NCBI GenBank assembly: GCA_016182045.1
Contig: JACOYE010000007.1
Location: 98,121-162,120 of the forward strand
DNA from: Candidatus Microgenomates bacterium
GTDB taxonomy: Bacteria; Patescibacteriota; Microgenomatia; Daviesbacterales; UBA10151
DNA length: 64,000 nt
Direction of reading: 5' to 3'
The notes beneath the pieces are model-generated. The model was not told the origin of the DNA. It saw only the letters and a list, made by a program, of their open reading frames with translations, and did not search any database. The stretch's first letter is position 1; the number at the start of each line of letters is the position of its first letter. This document shows positions 37,201-45,672 of this stretch, in pieces. The translations under genes and the position numbers were made by a program.

Positions 37201-38627
37201 CCTCCTTCTGCACCGAAACTCTCGATGAAATTTTTGACATGTTCAAAAATAGCAGCTGGTGATTTACCTACAGATCCAGACCTTATCATTTGGAAAAAAG
37301 TTTCTTTTGCTATCAGAAATTGTTCCGGGGTTCGAGCAGTAACATGATAATATTTAGGATAACTGGTTGTTTCCCAATAAGTTTCCCTTTGAGCTCTACT
37401 TACTTGTTCAGGAGTAGGAACAGACCACTCACCTTCTATGTGATCTGGTTGAGGTTGACCATTACGACTCCTTTCTAATCTACGGCTAGCCCAATCAATA
37501 TATGCCTCCCCAACGCCTGCTAATTGCTGGGGAAGATTAGGATCTTCTAAGCTTCTTTCACGAAATTCTACTAAAGCTATAACTCTAGCTCTGGCAATCC
37601 CTCGCTCAAATAGAACATCTGCTTCCTCAGGAGGAATACGAGGGTTAATAATCTGTTGATATACAGTATTCAAAACCGCATCAACTTCTTTTAAAAGCCC
37701 CTGATTTTTTGCCTGTCTAAAATAGACTTGCAAATCTTTTTGGGCATCTTGCAGCTCTTGTTGGGATGTTGTATTGGCATACTGATTTCTTCTAGTCTCT
37801 ATAGACCTGTTAGGATCATTAGAATCTGGTAATGATTCAGCAGGAAAACCTTCAGCTTCTTCAGTCCCTTCAAGCTGATATTGAGCACGAAACTGCTCTA
37901 CCATTTCATTCATCTCCTGTATTGCTTGTGGCAAAGGAGGAAATTCTGGGGGCTGTAGTGGCTGACCAGGTTCTCTTTGTGCTGGTCTTGGATAAGCTTT
38001 ATGAGGGCCAAAAGGATCTGGATCGTTTCTTTCCCCACATAATGCATCTACATATTCCTTTAATTCTTGAAGTCGTTGTGCATAGACAGGGCCATTTACT
38101 TCGTTGTATCTTTCTTCATAAGTCATGGTGGTCCTGAATCTGACAATTTCTTCAACAAGCCATCTGCCTCTTTCCGGGCTGGTTTCCCATTCTGGTCCTC
38201 TGGGTGGTGGCTCCCGATCTCCACCATTCCCTCCATCTGGGGGGGGCGGGCCACCACCTCTTCTAGGTTCTCCAGGTTCAAAAGGAGGAAGCTCACCAAA
38301 ACCCGGGGGACGTTCTACTACTGGGGGTATTTCTGCTTGTTCTGAAGAAGTATCGGCAAGCGGCTGTTCTGATGTTTGCTGGGGAGCTGATGGTGGAATA
38401 TTCTCAGGAATTATTGAGGGATCTAAGGCGGATTCTGGAGCACCTTCAAAAATATGCTCAAAGGGTGGGGGTATGGGGGTTATAGGAGGCGCTGATTCTG
38501 TTGCCACTCCGCTTGCGGGTGGTACCTGTTCTCCCATTCCTACAGCATTAGGAGGAGCTAAAGTTGTCGTTGAACCTGTTTCCGCTGATGAAGCATCTGC
38601 CATGTTTATTCTTTCTACTTGGGCCAT
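34203..38627 (-). CDS. giant (1474 aa) hypothetical protein, Pro/Glu/Ala-rich disordered N-terminus, internal ~45-aa duplicated module
   Basis: single uninterrupted ORF; no Walker motif, TM or signal peptide seen; promoter TTGACA-17-TACACT at rc of 38648-38676. Confidence 0.45.
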   Translation of the reverse strand: MAQVERINMADASSAETGSTTTLAPPNAVGMGEQVPPASGVATESAPPITPIPPPFEHIFEGAPESALDPSIIPENIPPSAPQQTSEQPLADTSSEQAEIPPVVERPPGFGELPPFEPGEPRRGGGPPPPDGGNGGDREPPPRGPEWETSPERGRWLVEEIVRFRTTMTYEERYNEVNGPVYAQRLQELKEYVDALCGERNDPDPFGPHKAYPRPAQREPGQPLQPPEFPPLPQAIQEMNEMVEQFRAQYQLEGTEEAEGFPAESLPDSNDPNRSIETRRNQYANTTSQQELQDAQKDLQVYFRQAKNQGLLKEVDAVLNTVYQQIINPRIPPEEADVLFERGIARARVIALVEFRERSLEDPNLPQQLAGVGEAYIDWASRRLERSRNGQPQPDHIEGEWSVPTPEQVSRAQRETYWETTSYPKYYHVTARTPEQFLIAKETFFQMIRSGSVGKSPAAIFEHVKNFIESFGAEGGRQVREGNIDADFLEENRLELEALLYVFVGNYANEVYNPKQKKEAMVAMSLDEGPARWVALYRAGKGGVAVFTEIFDFEDVMDIYNNPVGERGELDIVAGHFKQDQIQEMVIERGMGIVLKDYDPRDEYFNSDDLQAKIDAAGDLERIKSDLRSIENDISTGRIKLKPGETAIDLLGGDNQAKRVHDQARLNAYRANLKRLGLTKSDEEFKRLYEGFDKGDYHIKNYLSYKEDQDRFAEDQSKPEDQRQYQRKYPAFADLPETIRKSIDLGRIQVQLRELRQAIIRGQIKLEKGEKAIDRLSPRDRQAYKAAYDEAAANFDIAFQMQGVLGEKARRGRGFLYVDRNPHIQYYQSVSDGLRLKWIDTDKTKVINTDALKVEEIEKIRDSLPQANRRSFEIGWMLYKMRGGESGGKRLDSFPKYWQDLYARLSPEDKHDFVDNIPTYQAENFVQWGVTWTKMKYANEPAKVRRQKVREARARLTEELRTKGYTAQLLDDELGPDGQPKPMTFKRPLGRIEPNTGQFTKFKNGEILGFNQAGKEVKLSFDNNGNPIGLEFDQDGKVIIYDKADPNDRQLVNYDNINKNTKAKLVGDTLVEEAVATFQIAAQSSDFRNRYTDHTYWYYQGNNRVTILAPRIFKVAERIRDGLSRWEDEDILATQLLIVDPTLRRVKKFEDVQQQREVALVAAAVLESFQDRQRGKHGLYRAFLPRDGYIGRMRVGYRNEDWAGMDRFTLGFVEFAAQQTSRLSRRLGAEIADAPFEHDAAGPRWGVHGLSGAVKVMADEIKKISHQGIVGQFGLTKIFEVQDKAVEMFNHSVGYVDPQTGEWVFGLYEKPTDNNETMHGYAGDAISGDLLDSATKTIPFLYKFKECFGRLTKVTHDMRVMYSATDNSAGALNLEEVEVFLSDGSFNTAIESDKDILKNNGTARNRQDAFLYGEEGRRGFYDWLQDESPGGGADVYRREKYWNSFLSKKFKIYEGGNKTTGSESIEDWLTDKII

Positions 38628-38689
38628 GGTTTGTAGAAGACAGTCCCAAAGCCCTGCTAATTTTTAGTGTAGGACTTAGGTAAGCTAAC

Positions 38690-38780
38690 TGTCAAATCCT
38701 TTCTTGGGGAAAGTTTACACTGAAGCGTTGCGAAGTGCTTGATTTATTCCTTACAAAATCCTGATATAAATGAAGCTAAA
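38690..38780. repeat. R-family intergenic element, copy R1
   Basis: TGTCAAATCCT..GGGGAAAGTTTACACTGAAGCG..GCGAAGTGCTTGATTTATTCC..AAATCCTGA. Confidence 0.6.
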
Positions 38781-40091
38781 CTAATTATTGAGAGGATCTA
38801 ATAACCATTTAAACATTGGAATTACCTTAATTTTGCCATTTTCAAAATCTACACTATCCTCATCTTCAGTTAATATCACTGCAGAATTTATGTTAAGTTC
38901 TTGCATAGCTGCTATTAAAGCCTTAACTTCTCTTTTTTGTGTCTCTTCATCCGCCAGACTTTGACAAACCTGAATTAAAATTTTTTGTTTAGGAAGATAA
39001 AAATCAACTTCTAAATCATTCTGAGTTGTGTAATAATAAATTTCTTCAAACAGTCTTCTTAGGGTTAAGAATACTAGATTTTCCAAAAGTTTGCCTCTAT
39101 TTTCAGAAAAAGAAAATGCCACTGATTTTATTAAACCTGTGTCGATGGCATAAATCTTTTTATTGGCAATTTGCTGTTTTTTGATAGAAAAAGCAAATTT
39201 ATTGATAGTAAACATCAACCAGCTGGTTTGTAGATAATCAATATAGTTTTTAACAGTGTTAACACTACCTAATTTAAGAAGTTCTTTTAACTTATTAAAT
39301 GAAACCAGAGAAGATATATTGCTGATCAAATAAAAACTTAGTTCTTTTAAAGCTTTAGTTTCTTCTATCTTGTAGCGTACAGCCACATCTCTGTAAATCA
39401 CATCATCATATAAAGTTTTGTGTAAGTTAATCTCAGGATACTTTAAGGCATCAGGTATACCCCCAGTGACTATATAATCATTAAAATATCTTTTCAGCTT
39501 GCTCTTTTGTAAGGTGGTTAAATAAGCTAAATTGGGCGTTTTCTGTTGTTTAAATGCTAAAAACTCTGCAAATGAAAATGGGAAAAGTTCAATCGGTGTA
39601 TACCTACCGGTAAGTTTGGTTCCCAGTTCTTTACTAAGTAAAGCAGCATTTGAGCCGGTGATATAAAACTTGCAGCCTTCATCAATCATCCGACGGACAA
39701 ATCTCTCCCAACCTATAACATTTTGTACTTCATCTAATAAAAATATCTTTCTTTGTCCAAAGAATTCCAGTTGGGTCTCATATAAGAGATTAAAATCATC
39801 TGCAGTAAAATTTAAAAATCTTTCATCTTCAAAGTTGACAAAATAATAGTCATCCGACGAATAAAATTTGTGGGCAATTTGAGCAAGCAGTGTAGATTTA
39901 CCAACTCGTCGTAAACCAGAAATTACTACGGCATAAGAAGAATTTGCATACTTTTTAATTTGAATAAGATTTTCTCTGGTTACTCCTAATTCTTTCTTTT
40001 TGAATTGCTCTGACTGATCCAATAACAAAGTTTTCAGTAAATCCTTTTTCATCGTCAGTGAAATTATAACTAATAAAGTTTTCACTGTCAA
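38781..40091 (-). CDS. AAA_14/DUF4143 ATPase (COG1373 family), paralog 2
   Basis: Walker A GLRRVGKSTLL, Walker B FLLDEVQ; likely true start at internal MKKD (40052) given TTGACA-16-TATAAT promoter inside annotated start. Confidence 0.7.
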   Translation of the reverse strand: MTVKTLLVIISLTMKKDLLKTLLLDQSEQFKKKELGVTRENLIQIKKYANSSYAVVISGLRRVGKSTLLAQIAHKFYSSDDYYFVNFEDERFLNFTADDFNLLYETQLEFFGQRKIFLLDEVQNVIGWERFVRRMIDEGCKFYITGSNAALLSKELGTKLTGRYTPIELFPFSFAEFLAFKQQKTPNLAYLTTLQKSKLKRYFNDYIVTGGIPDALKYPEINLHKTLYDDVIYRDVAVRYKIEETKALKELSFYLISNISSLVSFNKLKELLKLGSVNTVKNYIDYLQTSWLMFTINKFAFSIKKQQIANKKIYAIDTGLIKSVAFSFSENRGKLLENLVFLTLRRLFEEIYYYTTQNDLEVDFYLPKQKILIQVCQSLADEETQKREVKALIAAMQELNINSAVILTEDEDSVDFENGKIKVIPMFKWLLDPLNN

Positions 40092-40137
40092 TGAAAACTT
40101 AGGACTGATTTTAGTTTAGAGCTTTGTTAAACTTACT

Positions 40138-40277
40138 GTCAATCCTTCGACTCAGTTTACCCTGAGCTTGTCGAAGGGCTCAGGATTATAATCTCCTTTC
40201 TGGGGTAAGTTTACACTTCGACTACGCTCAATGCTTGATTAAATTCTAATATAATCCTGACGGGATGGAGGTTAAAC
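40138..40277. repeat. R-family element, copy R2 (with extra imperfect hairpin insert)
   Basis: TGTCAATCC...GGGGTAAGTTTACACTTCGACTACGCTCAATGCTTGATTAAATTCTAATATAATCCTGACGGGATGGAGGTTAAAC. Confidence 0.6.
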
Positions 40278-40294
40278 TTTACTCTTAAAATATA

Positions 40295-40573
40295 CTACTC
40301 CTCTTTGCCATACAAATCATCATGAGTTCCTAAGGCTGAAAAATATGCTATAGTTTCTTCTCCGCTACTTACTTCCTCATAAAATGCTCTATAATCTGCT
40401 GTTATATCAATACTCCTAAAACCTAAATAATGCTCTCGTAAAGGATGATTATTAAGCTGTGGATCATTAGGATCTTTCAAGAATACTCTGATCCGAGTCT
40501 CAAAATTTTTGCGGATTCTAACATTGACCTTTTTAAGCTTTTTCAAGAAATCAGGGTCATATTGAATCTTCAT
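40295..40573 (-). CDS. RelE/ParE(YafQ-like) family toxin
   Basis: HPLREHYLGFRSIDITADYRAFYEE pattern; 4-nt overlap with antitoxin. Confidence 0.6.
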   Translation of the reverse strand: MKIQYDPDFLKKLKKVNVRIRKNFETRIRVFLKDPNDPQLNNHPLREHYLGFRSIDITADYRAFYEEVSSGEETIAYFSALGTHDDLYGKEE

Positions 40574-40884
40574 ATACCCTGTTTTTTAAGATAAGCAATT
40601 GCATCCTCAGCATTATCAAAAACAGGAGAACCTTTTCCTTCTTTTCTATTTTTCTGTGCTTGCTGCAATGTTTTAATGAGATACTCACTGGGCTCTCCGT
40701 TTCCATATACACTAAAACTAACAGTTTTTGTCTTGATGAATTGCTTTAAAAAGGCCTTGATAATAACGGATAAAGGCATGCCAAGAGCTTCAGCTGTTAT
40801 CTGTGCTTCTTTTTTAGTTCGTGGATCAATTTTGGTAGTAATTACTGCATAACTCATGGTATTCCATAGTATATACAATAGCAT
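40570..40884 (-). CDS. RelB/DinJ-family antitoxin
   Basis: KIDPRTKKEAQITAEALGMPLSVIIKAFLKQFI ribbon-helix-helix pattern; probable start at MSYAV (~40857) because TTGACA-16-TATATA promoter overlaps annotated start. Confidence 0.6.
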   Translation of the reverse strand: MLLYILWNTMSYAVITTKIDPRTKKEAQITAEALGMPLSVIIKAFLKQFIKTKTVSFSVYGNGEPSEYLIKTLQQAQKNRKEGKGSPVFDNAEDAIAYLKKQGI

Positions 40885-40891
40885 ATACTTT

Positions 40892-40950
40892 TGTCAAATT
40901 TTGTGCTTGATTTAATTCTAATGAAATCCTGACGGGATGGAGGTTAAAAA
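40892..40950. repeat. R-family element, copy R3 (short form)
   Basis: TTGTCAAATTTTGTGCTTGATTTAATTCTAATGAAATCCTGACGGGATGGAGGTTAAAAAC. Confidence 0.6.
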
Positions 40951-42210
40951 CTATTTAAGCTTTGACTGTTCTAAAAGCGCATGAAATGGAAGAACATAAA
41001 TCTTAGTCTTATCTATTACTGCCTCTTGTTTATCGCCAAGATGAATAAGGTATGCTTTTTTTGGCTTATATTTTCTCAAAAAACTTCTGAAAGAGCGAGG
41101 CATTTCTAATTTTGACATCCTTTTATGTTTTGCTTCTAGCGGCACTGCCTCCAAACCTGTAACAAGAATAAAGTCAACCTCAGCCCTATCTCGTGTCCGC
41201 CAAAAATGAATTTGAGTCGGACTCATATCAAATTGCTCCCTAAGCATATTGAAAATGAGATTTTCAAATAAGTGCCCACTTAAAGGTTGCGGTATTCGTG
41301 GCAAACCAAACAGTCCCAGCAGAAAGTTACGAAGTCCAATATCATAAAAATAATATACCGGAGATTTACTAATCTCTTTTCTGACATTCCGGTAATACGG
41401 GCTCACCTTCTTAATTATGAATGTTTTCTCTAAATACCATAGGTAGTGTTGGACTGTTTTATCAGCGATCCCAATAGTTGAAGAAAGCTCGGTAGTATTG
41501 ACCAAGCTGCCGATTTGAGAGGCAATAACCTTAAGCAGGTTAGTAAAAGCTTCTTCTTTCTCAATATTGAGTAGTTTTTTAATATCCTGCTCGATATAGC
41601 TTTTATAGATTTCCTCCATTGCACTTTGTTTTTTCCATACAGTATCAGAGAGAATAACTTGAGGATAACCACCAAAAACCATATATTCCTCAAGAAACCG
41701 CTGCGTCTTGTCTTTCTCCAGGGCAAAAAACTCCCCTAATCTATCTTCATACCTATACTCTGTCCTAAAGTTAATAAATTCCTTTAAACTAATTGGATCA
41801 ATGCTAAACATCCTCTTGCGCCCGGCCATAGATTCGGAGATTTTAGCTTTTAACTCTAAGCTACCCGAACCTGAGATGATAAACTTATACGGTAAGTTCA
41901 TATCAGCAATACCTTTTAAGAAAAGTTCTGCGTTTTCTTTACGTTGAATCTCGTCAATAAACACATAGGCTTTCTCTTTACCAACTTGAAGTTCGATGTA
42001 TGAAATTAACTGACCTTGGGAATCAAAAAAGGGCCTGTGATCATCTATATCAAGGTTTAAAAAAAGAGTTTTCTCTCCTTTTGCCTTTAGTTTACCTTCC
42101 AAATACTTCATCAGGTAAGTTTTCCCTACCTGTCTGGGCCCAATGAGGATTGTCATTTCTTTTTCTGTAAGATGTCCTTCTAAAGCCTGGGTTATCGTTC
42201 TTTTGATCAT
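40951..42210 (-). CDS. AAA_14/DUF4143 ATPase (COG1373 family), paralog 3
   Basis: Walker A GPRQVGKTYLM, Walker B VFIDEIQ. Confidence 0.7.
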   Translation of the reverse strand: MIKRTITQALEGHLTEKEMTILIGPRQVGKTYLMKYLEGKLKAKGEKTLFLNLDIDDHRPFFDSQGQLISYIELQVGKEKAYVFIDEIQRKENAELFLKGIADMNLPYKFIISGSGSLELKAKISESMAGRKRMFSIDPISLKEFINFRTEYRYEDRLGEFFALEKDKTQRFLEEYMVFGGYPQVILSDTVWKKQSAMEEIYKSYIEQDIKKLLNIEKEEAFTNLLKVIASQIGSLVNTTELSSTIGIADKTVQHYLWYLEKTFIIKKVSPYYRNVRKEISKSPVYYFYDIGLRNFLLGLFGLPRIPQPLSGHLFENLIFNMLREQFDMSPTQIHFWRTRDRAEVDFILVTGLEAVPLEAKHKRMSKLEMPRSFRSFLRKYKPKKAYLIHLGDKQEAVIDKTKIYVLPFHALLEQSKLK

Positions 42211-42309
42211 ATACTACTATTTTAGTACCGAATTTCTAGAAGTCAAGTAGTAAAATTATCGGGTAAGAGTAGTTGGTTTGTATCCGGCATAGAATTTCCC
42301 AAACTTCTT

Positions 42310-42385
42310 TGTCAAATCCTGATCAGTTTACACTAAGCGATGCGTAAGTGCTTGATTTCATTCTGATGGAATCCTAACGAAATTA
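42310..42385. repeat. R-family element, copy R4
   Basis: TGTCAAATCCTGATCAGTTTACACTAAGCGATGCGTAAGTGCTTGATTTCATTCTGATGGAATCCTAACG. Confidence 0.6.
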
Positions 42386-42398
42386 CGGCTATATTGTA

Positions 42399-42872
42399 TT
42401 AAGTGAGATTTGCTGCCAAAGTAAATCCGAGTTTAGAATACCAATCATCCATAGAGAAAATAACATCAGTATTTAATTTTTTGGCAGTTGCTACAACCAG
42501 TGCATCAAAGACTGTTTTTTTCTTGCTACCTTTTGGGTCAAATACTTTTAAAGCCTCCTTAAGTAAATCTACATCTGTATTTTCTATTGATAACGACCCA
42601 TCTGTTATTCTCTCCACAATCTTAGCAGCAATATCTGACCTTTTAAGTTTTCGTATCAGTGTCGTGATAGTTTCCGTAATTGTGGTTAGGGGAAAAACTG
42701 TTTGAGCATCATGCTGTAATAGTTTGGCAACGGTTTCAACGGCTTTCTGATGACTTTTGTCTTCTTCGTGCAAAATAGCAATTAAAGCATCAGTGTCTCC
42801 TACCACAATCAGTTGTTTTTTAATCCCAGGTGTACTCATCATGTTTTTCAGATAAATCAGCTGGTAAACCAC
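42399..42872 (-). CDS. PIN-domain toxin (VapC-like)
   Basis: LIVVGDTDALIAIL ... conserved D/E positions; probable start at internal MMSTPG. Confidence 0.6.
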   Translation of the reverse strand: MVYQLIYLKNMMSTPGIKKQLIVVGDTDALIAILHEEDKSHQKAVETVAKLLQHDAQTVFPLTTITETITTLIRKLKRSDIAAKIVERITDGSLSIENTDVDLLKEALKVFDPKGSKKKTVFDALVVATAKKLNTDVIFSMDDWYSKLGFTLAANLT

Positions 42873-43092
42873 TCCCCTTGGGAATAATACCAGCCAGATC
42901 CAGGAGTACTTTGGTAGATTGCTTATTCTTCAAACTCTTGAGTCTTTCCAAATCATCTAATGAAACAATTGCCACCTGCGGTTTTCTTTTGGAAACCACT
43001 ATAGCAGGCTGCCTGGTTTTCTTGACTTTATCAAAGACTCTCCGGTAGTTTCTAAGAATATCTCTGGCAGTTACAATTGTGGTATCCAACAT
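42820..43092 (-). CDS. Phd/YefM-family antitoxin
   Basis: TIVTARDILRNYRRVFDKV...PAIVVSKRKPQVAIVSLDDLERL; TTGACA-17-TATTAT promoter at rc of 43093-43140. Confidence 0.6.
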   Translation of the reverse strand: MLDTTIVTARDILRNYRRVFDKVKKTRQPAIVVSKRKPQVAIVSLDDLERLKSLKNKQSTKVLLDLAGIIPKGSGLPADLSEKHDEYTWD

Positions 43093-43114
43093 ATAAAAAC
43101 ATAATACACTATTT

Positions 43115-43468
43115 CTACATATTTGTCAAGTAATTTTTTGACATTTCTATTGACATTTGGAGAGGAGTTAAATTTAATCCTGGTATTACCTTTTTTTTGC
43201 ACAGGTGCAGGCTGGAGCTACTCCTGCCGCATTCATCACATCTATCCCATCCACCGCTGCCGCCCCCAGAATGTTCTGACCAACTCCCATTCCCACTCCC
43301 ATAGCCTCCATGAGAAGTTCTGATCTGATGAGAAGATCCAGTAGTCTGTAATCTAAAACGACCTCTACCTCTAGGGATGGTTAATGGCAACTTATCTAGT
43401 GGCTCAACTGGTAATGGACTGGTCTCGGCCACTGAGACAGCTTCTGGAACAATGGCTTCTTTAGACAT
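43115..43468 (-). CDS. hypothetical Gly/Ser-rich small protein with CDECG motif
   Basis: 117 aa; GGYGSGNGSWSEHSGGGSGGWDRCDECGRSSSS; GC-richer than surroundings; uncertain. Confidence 0.3.
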   Translation of the reverse strand: MSKEAIVPEAVSVAETSPLPVEPLDKLPLTIPRGRGRFRLQTTGSSHQIRTSHGGYGSGNGSWSEHSGGGSGGWDRCDECGRSSSSLHLCKKKVIPGLNLTPLQMSIEMSKNYLTNM

Positions 43469-43547
43469 ACCTTACATTCCGCAATCGCGGCTGATACAAA
43501 ACTTATTTTAAAGTATCAATTATCATTTTGGCAAGTAGACTATCTAA

Positions 43548-43922
43548 TTAAGCTTTTAAGGCTTTAATATGATATTTCAGTATTTTCTCATCAACAGTAA
43601 TTAGAGTTAATTTCTCTACTTTTGCTTGAGCTATTATGATTCTATCAAATGGGTCTTTATGATAATCCTCTAATACCTCAATTTCTAGAACATGGTCAAT
43701 ATTAATTGGAAGTATAGTAAACAGGCTTTTTTTAATCCCACCTGCAATATCTCTTGGAACTTTCAAACCTTTTCTCTTTTTTATAATAATCTCCCAGACA
43801 GTTGCAACAGAAACAAATACCATATTATTTGGGTCAGAAATTACCTTCTGAAAAGCTTTAGAGAATCTAGTGCTTTTCTCCATAGCCCAAATAAAAACTT
43901 GGGTATCAAGGAGATAATTCAT
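43548..43922 (-). CDS. vapC: PIN-domain toxin VapC
   Basis: LLDTQVFIW...VATVWEIIIK...HKDPFDRIIIAQA classic VapC pattern. Confidence 0.75.
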   Translation of the reverse strand: MNYLLDTQVFIWAMEKSTRFSKAFQKVISDPNNMVFVSVATVWEIIIKKRKGLKVPRDIAGGIKKSLFTILPINIDHVLEIEVLEDYHKDPFDRIIIAQAKVEKLTLITVDEKILKYHIKALKA

Positions 43923-44171
43923 TTAAATATCACCTTCATAAAATAGTTTATTTATTTCCTCATCCTCTTTATCGAAATCTTTAGGAACCCAAACTTTACC
44001 TTTCCATAATCCCAATTTGCGGGGTTTTAACTTTTCTTTATAAGGACTAAGTTTAGCCACAGGTTTGCCTGCTTTGGCAATAATAACCTCCTCCCCTTTG
44101 GAGGTTTTTTCAATAAGTTTAGACAGGTTTGTTTTAGCATCGTGAATGTTTACAACTTGCATGGTAATCAT
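43923..44171 (-). CDS. Phd/YefM-type antitoxin (VapB)
   Basis: 82 aa directly upstream, adjacent without overlap (1-nt apart) with VapC. Confidence 0.6.
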   Translation of the reverse strand: MITMQVVNIHDAKTNLSKLIEKTSKGEEVIIAKAGKPVAKLSPYKEKLKPRKLGLWKGKVWVPKDFDKEDEEINKLFYEGDI

Positions 44172-44192
44172 ATCTTAGCTAACTTAGCTAAC

Positions 44193-44217
44193 TTTGTCAA
44201 CCACGTTCATTTTACAT
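44193..44217. repeat. 25-bp palindromic hairpin element CCACGTTCA-TTTTACA-TGAACGTGG (copy 2)
   Basis: identical arms to 16677-16701. Confidence 0.5.
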
Positions 44218-44232
44218 GAACGTGGTCAATAC

Positions 44233-45621
44233 TTAAATTAACATCCCGCCGCATTTATAACAATCTTCGGTACAATAGTTTACTTCACCACAACTGAGGC
44301 AACTTTTACCCTTTTTGCCATTTTCTCCTCCAAAAATTCCACTAAAACGATTGATAATTCCCAGGATAAAACCTGCCGTCACGCTTAAAACATTCCCTAA
44401 AGAAAAACCGCCTCCAATTGAAAATCCTCCTGATAAACCGCATCCAACCGCTACTGCTCTGACAGCCTGGTGGCCTAACCAGTTAATTTCTTCCCATAAA
44501 CTTCTAAAAACAGGCATTAGCTTATGAGTTACAGCTGAAACTGAACTTAAAATTCTATCTTTTATTCCTGTTATCCTTTTCCACATATAATCTGCTCCGT
44601 TTAAAACTGCATTTAAGGTAATTGCCACCTTTTCCGGGCTAAAGATTGAGTCACAAATTGCACTCACCAAAAATTGCATCCTCGCTGTACCTTCCTGAGT
44701 AATTTTCTGAAACTCCTCTTCTTTTAAAGCATTTTTTATTGGTATTAAAATCTCGCTATTGCCCCCTATAATAGGGTTAGCGAGCAACCACTGATCAATT
44801 GGAATATCAACACCATCAAAATAATCCGGCCTTGAAGCAGTTATTATCTCTTCTGCCTGTTCATAACTTAAATCTGAAGCAAACCTAGTCATTTGAACTA
44901 TTCTTCTTTGAGTAAATGGGTCTTCTAAAAGCTCATAACGATCTCGGAAATTATCTTTAAATATAGTATCTTTTACTAAACCTGGTCCTGAAACAACTCC
45001 AGCTTTTAAGCTTATCTGAGCATTGGGATCTGCAAAAGCTTCCTGTATTTTTAAAATACCGATCCTTTCCTGCTCCATTCTTGAAACATCAGGTGATCCT
45101 AGTTGCTTGTAATATTCAATTCCGATTGTTAAAACATCCTCAAAAGCCTGGTTAGGTAAGTCTCTGCTTCTTAATTTACCATCATCGTCAATATCATAGA
45201 TAACAATACTGGTAGCTACATGATACCTTTCTCTTAGAGCTGTTTCTATTTGTTTTATTTCATATAATTTAAACTGCTCTCTTTCCTCTTCGGTTTGCAG
45301 CTGCTCAAATGCGGCTCTTTCCAAAACAGGATTATAATTTCTGATTACCCCTCTTTCTCTTATTCCCAATCTGCTATCAAAAAAACTTTGCAATCTTGCT
45401 ACCCTTATTAAATATTCTTCTATATCCAGGCGGCTTTCTTTTTGTGACTTAGGAGCTTCTGTAGGGGCTGTAATTCGCTCTGTTGGTTGCGCGATAACTA
45501 TTGTATTGTCAAATGAGAAATTTGGCTCATATCTTCCGCCTACATCTGGTTGTACTAAAATATCAATTTCTTTAAAAGTAGATATTGGTGAATGTTCAGC
45601 TGCTTCTGTTCTCATAGCCAT
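44233..45621 (-). CDS. hypothetical protein with C-terminal Gly-rich hydrophobic segment and Cys-rich tail (SCLSCGEVNYCTEDCYKCGG)
   Basis: 462 aa; no recognised catalytic motif. Confidence 0.35.
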   Translation of the reverse strand: MAMRTEAAEHSPISTFKEIDILVQPDVGGRYEPNFSFDNTIVIAQPTERITAPTEAPKSQKESRLDIEEYLIRVARLQSFFDSRLGIRERGVIRNYNPVLERAAFEQLQTEEEREQFKLYEIKQIETALRERYHVATSIVIYDIDDDGKLRSRDLPNQAFEDVLTIGIEYYKQLGSPDVSRMEQERIGILKIQEAFADPNAQISLKAGVVSGPGLVKDTIFKDNFRDRYELLEDPFTQRRIVQMTRFASDLSYEQAEEIITASRPDYFDGVDIPIDQWLLANPIIGGNSEILIPIKNALKEEEFQKITQEGTARMQFLVSAICDSIFSPEKVAITLNAVLNGADYMWKRITGIKDRILSSVSAVTHKLMPVFRSLWEEINWLGHQAVRAVAVGCGLSGGFSIGGGFSLGNVLSVTAGFILGIINRFSGIFGGENGKKGKSCLSCGEVNYCTEDCYKCGGMLI

Positions 45622-45626
45622 TAAAA

Positions 45627-45672
45627 AACCCTCTCTTCGAGGGTTAAGTTTACTCTTTGACTCGAAGAGATA
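45627..45672. repeat. R-family-related hairpin element, copy R5 (AACCCTC-TCTTC-GAGGGTT then GTTAAGTTTACTCT..CTCGAAGAG)
   Basis: shares AAGTTTAC core and CTTCGA/TCGAAG arms with R2. Confidence 0.45.

Noticed and set aside
38125-38667. 180-aa + strand ORF rich in Gly/Pro/Ser inside the giant gene
   Set aside because: Antisense shadow of the Pro-rich (CCN codon) N-terminus of the 1474-aa minus-strand gene; low complexity, no independent signals.
43123-43323. 66-aa + strand ORF MSSNFLTF...
   Set aside because: Begins inside the TTGACA-rich promoter of the Phd-PIN operon and lies antisense to the Gly-rich ORF; His/Ser low-complexity tail; likely non-coding.
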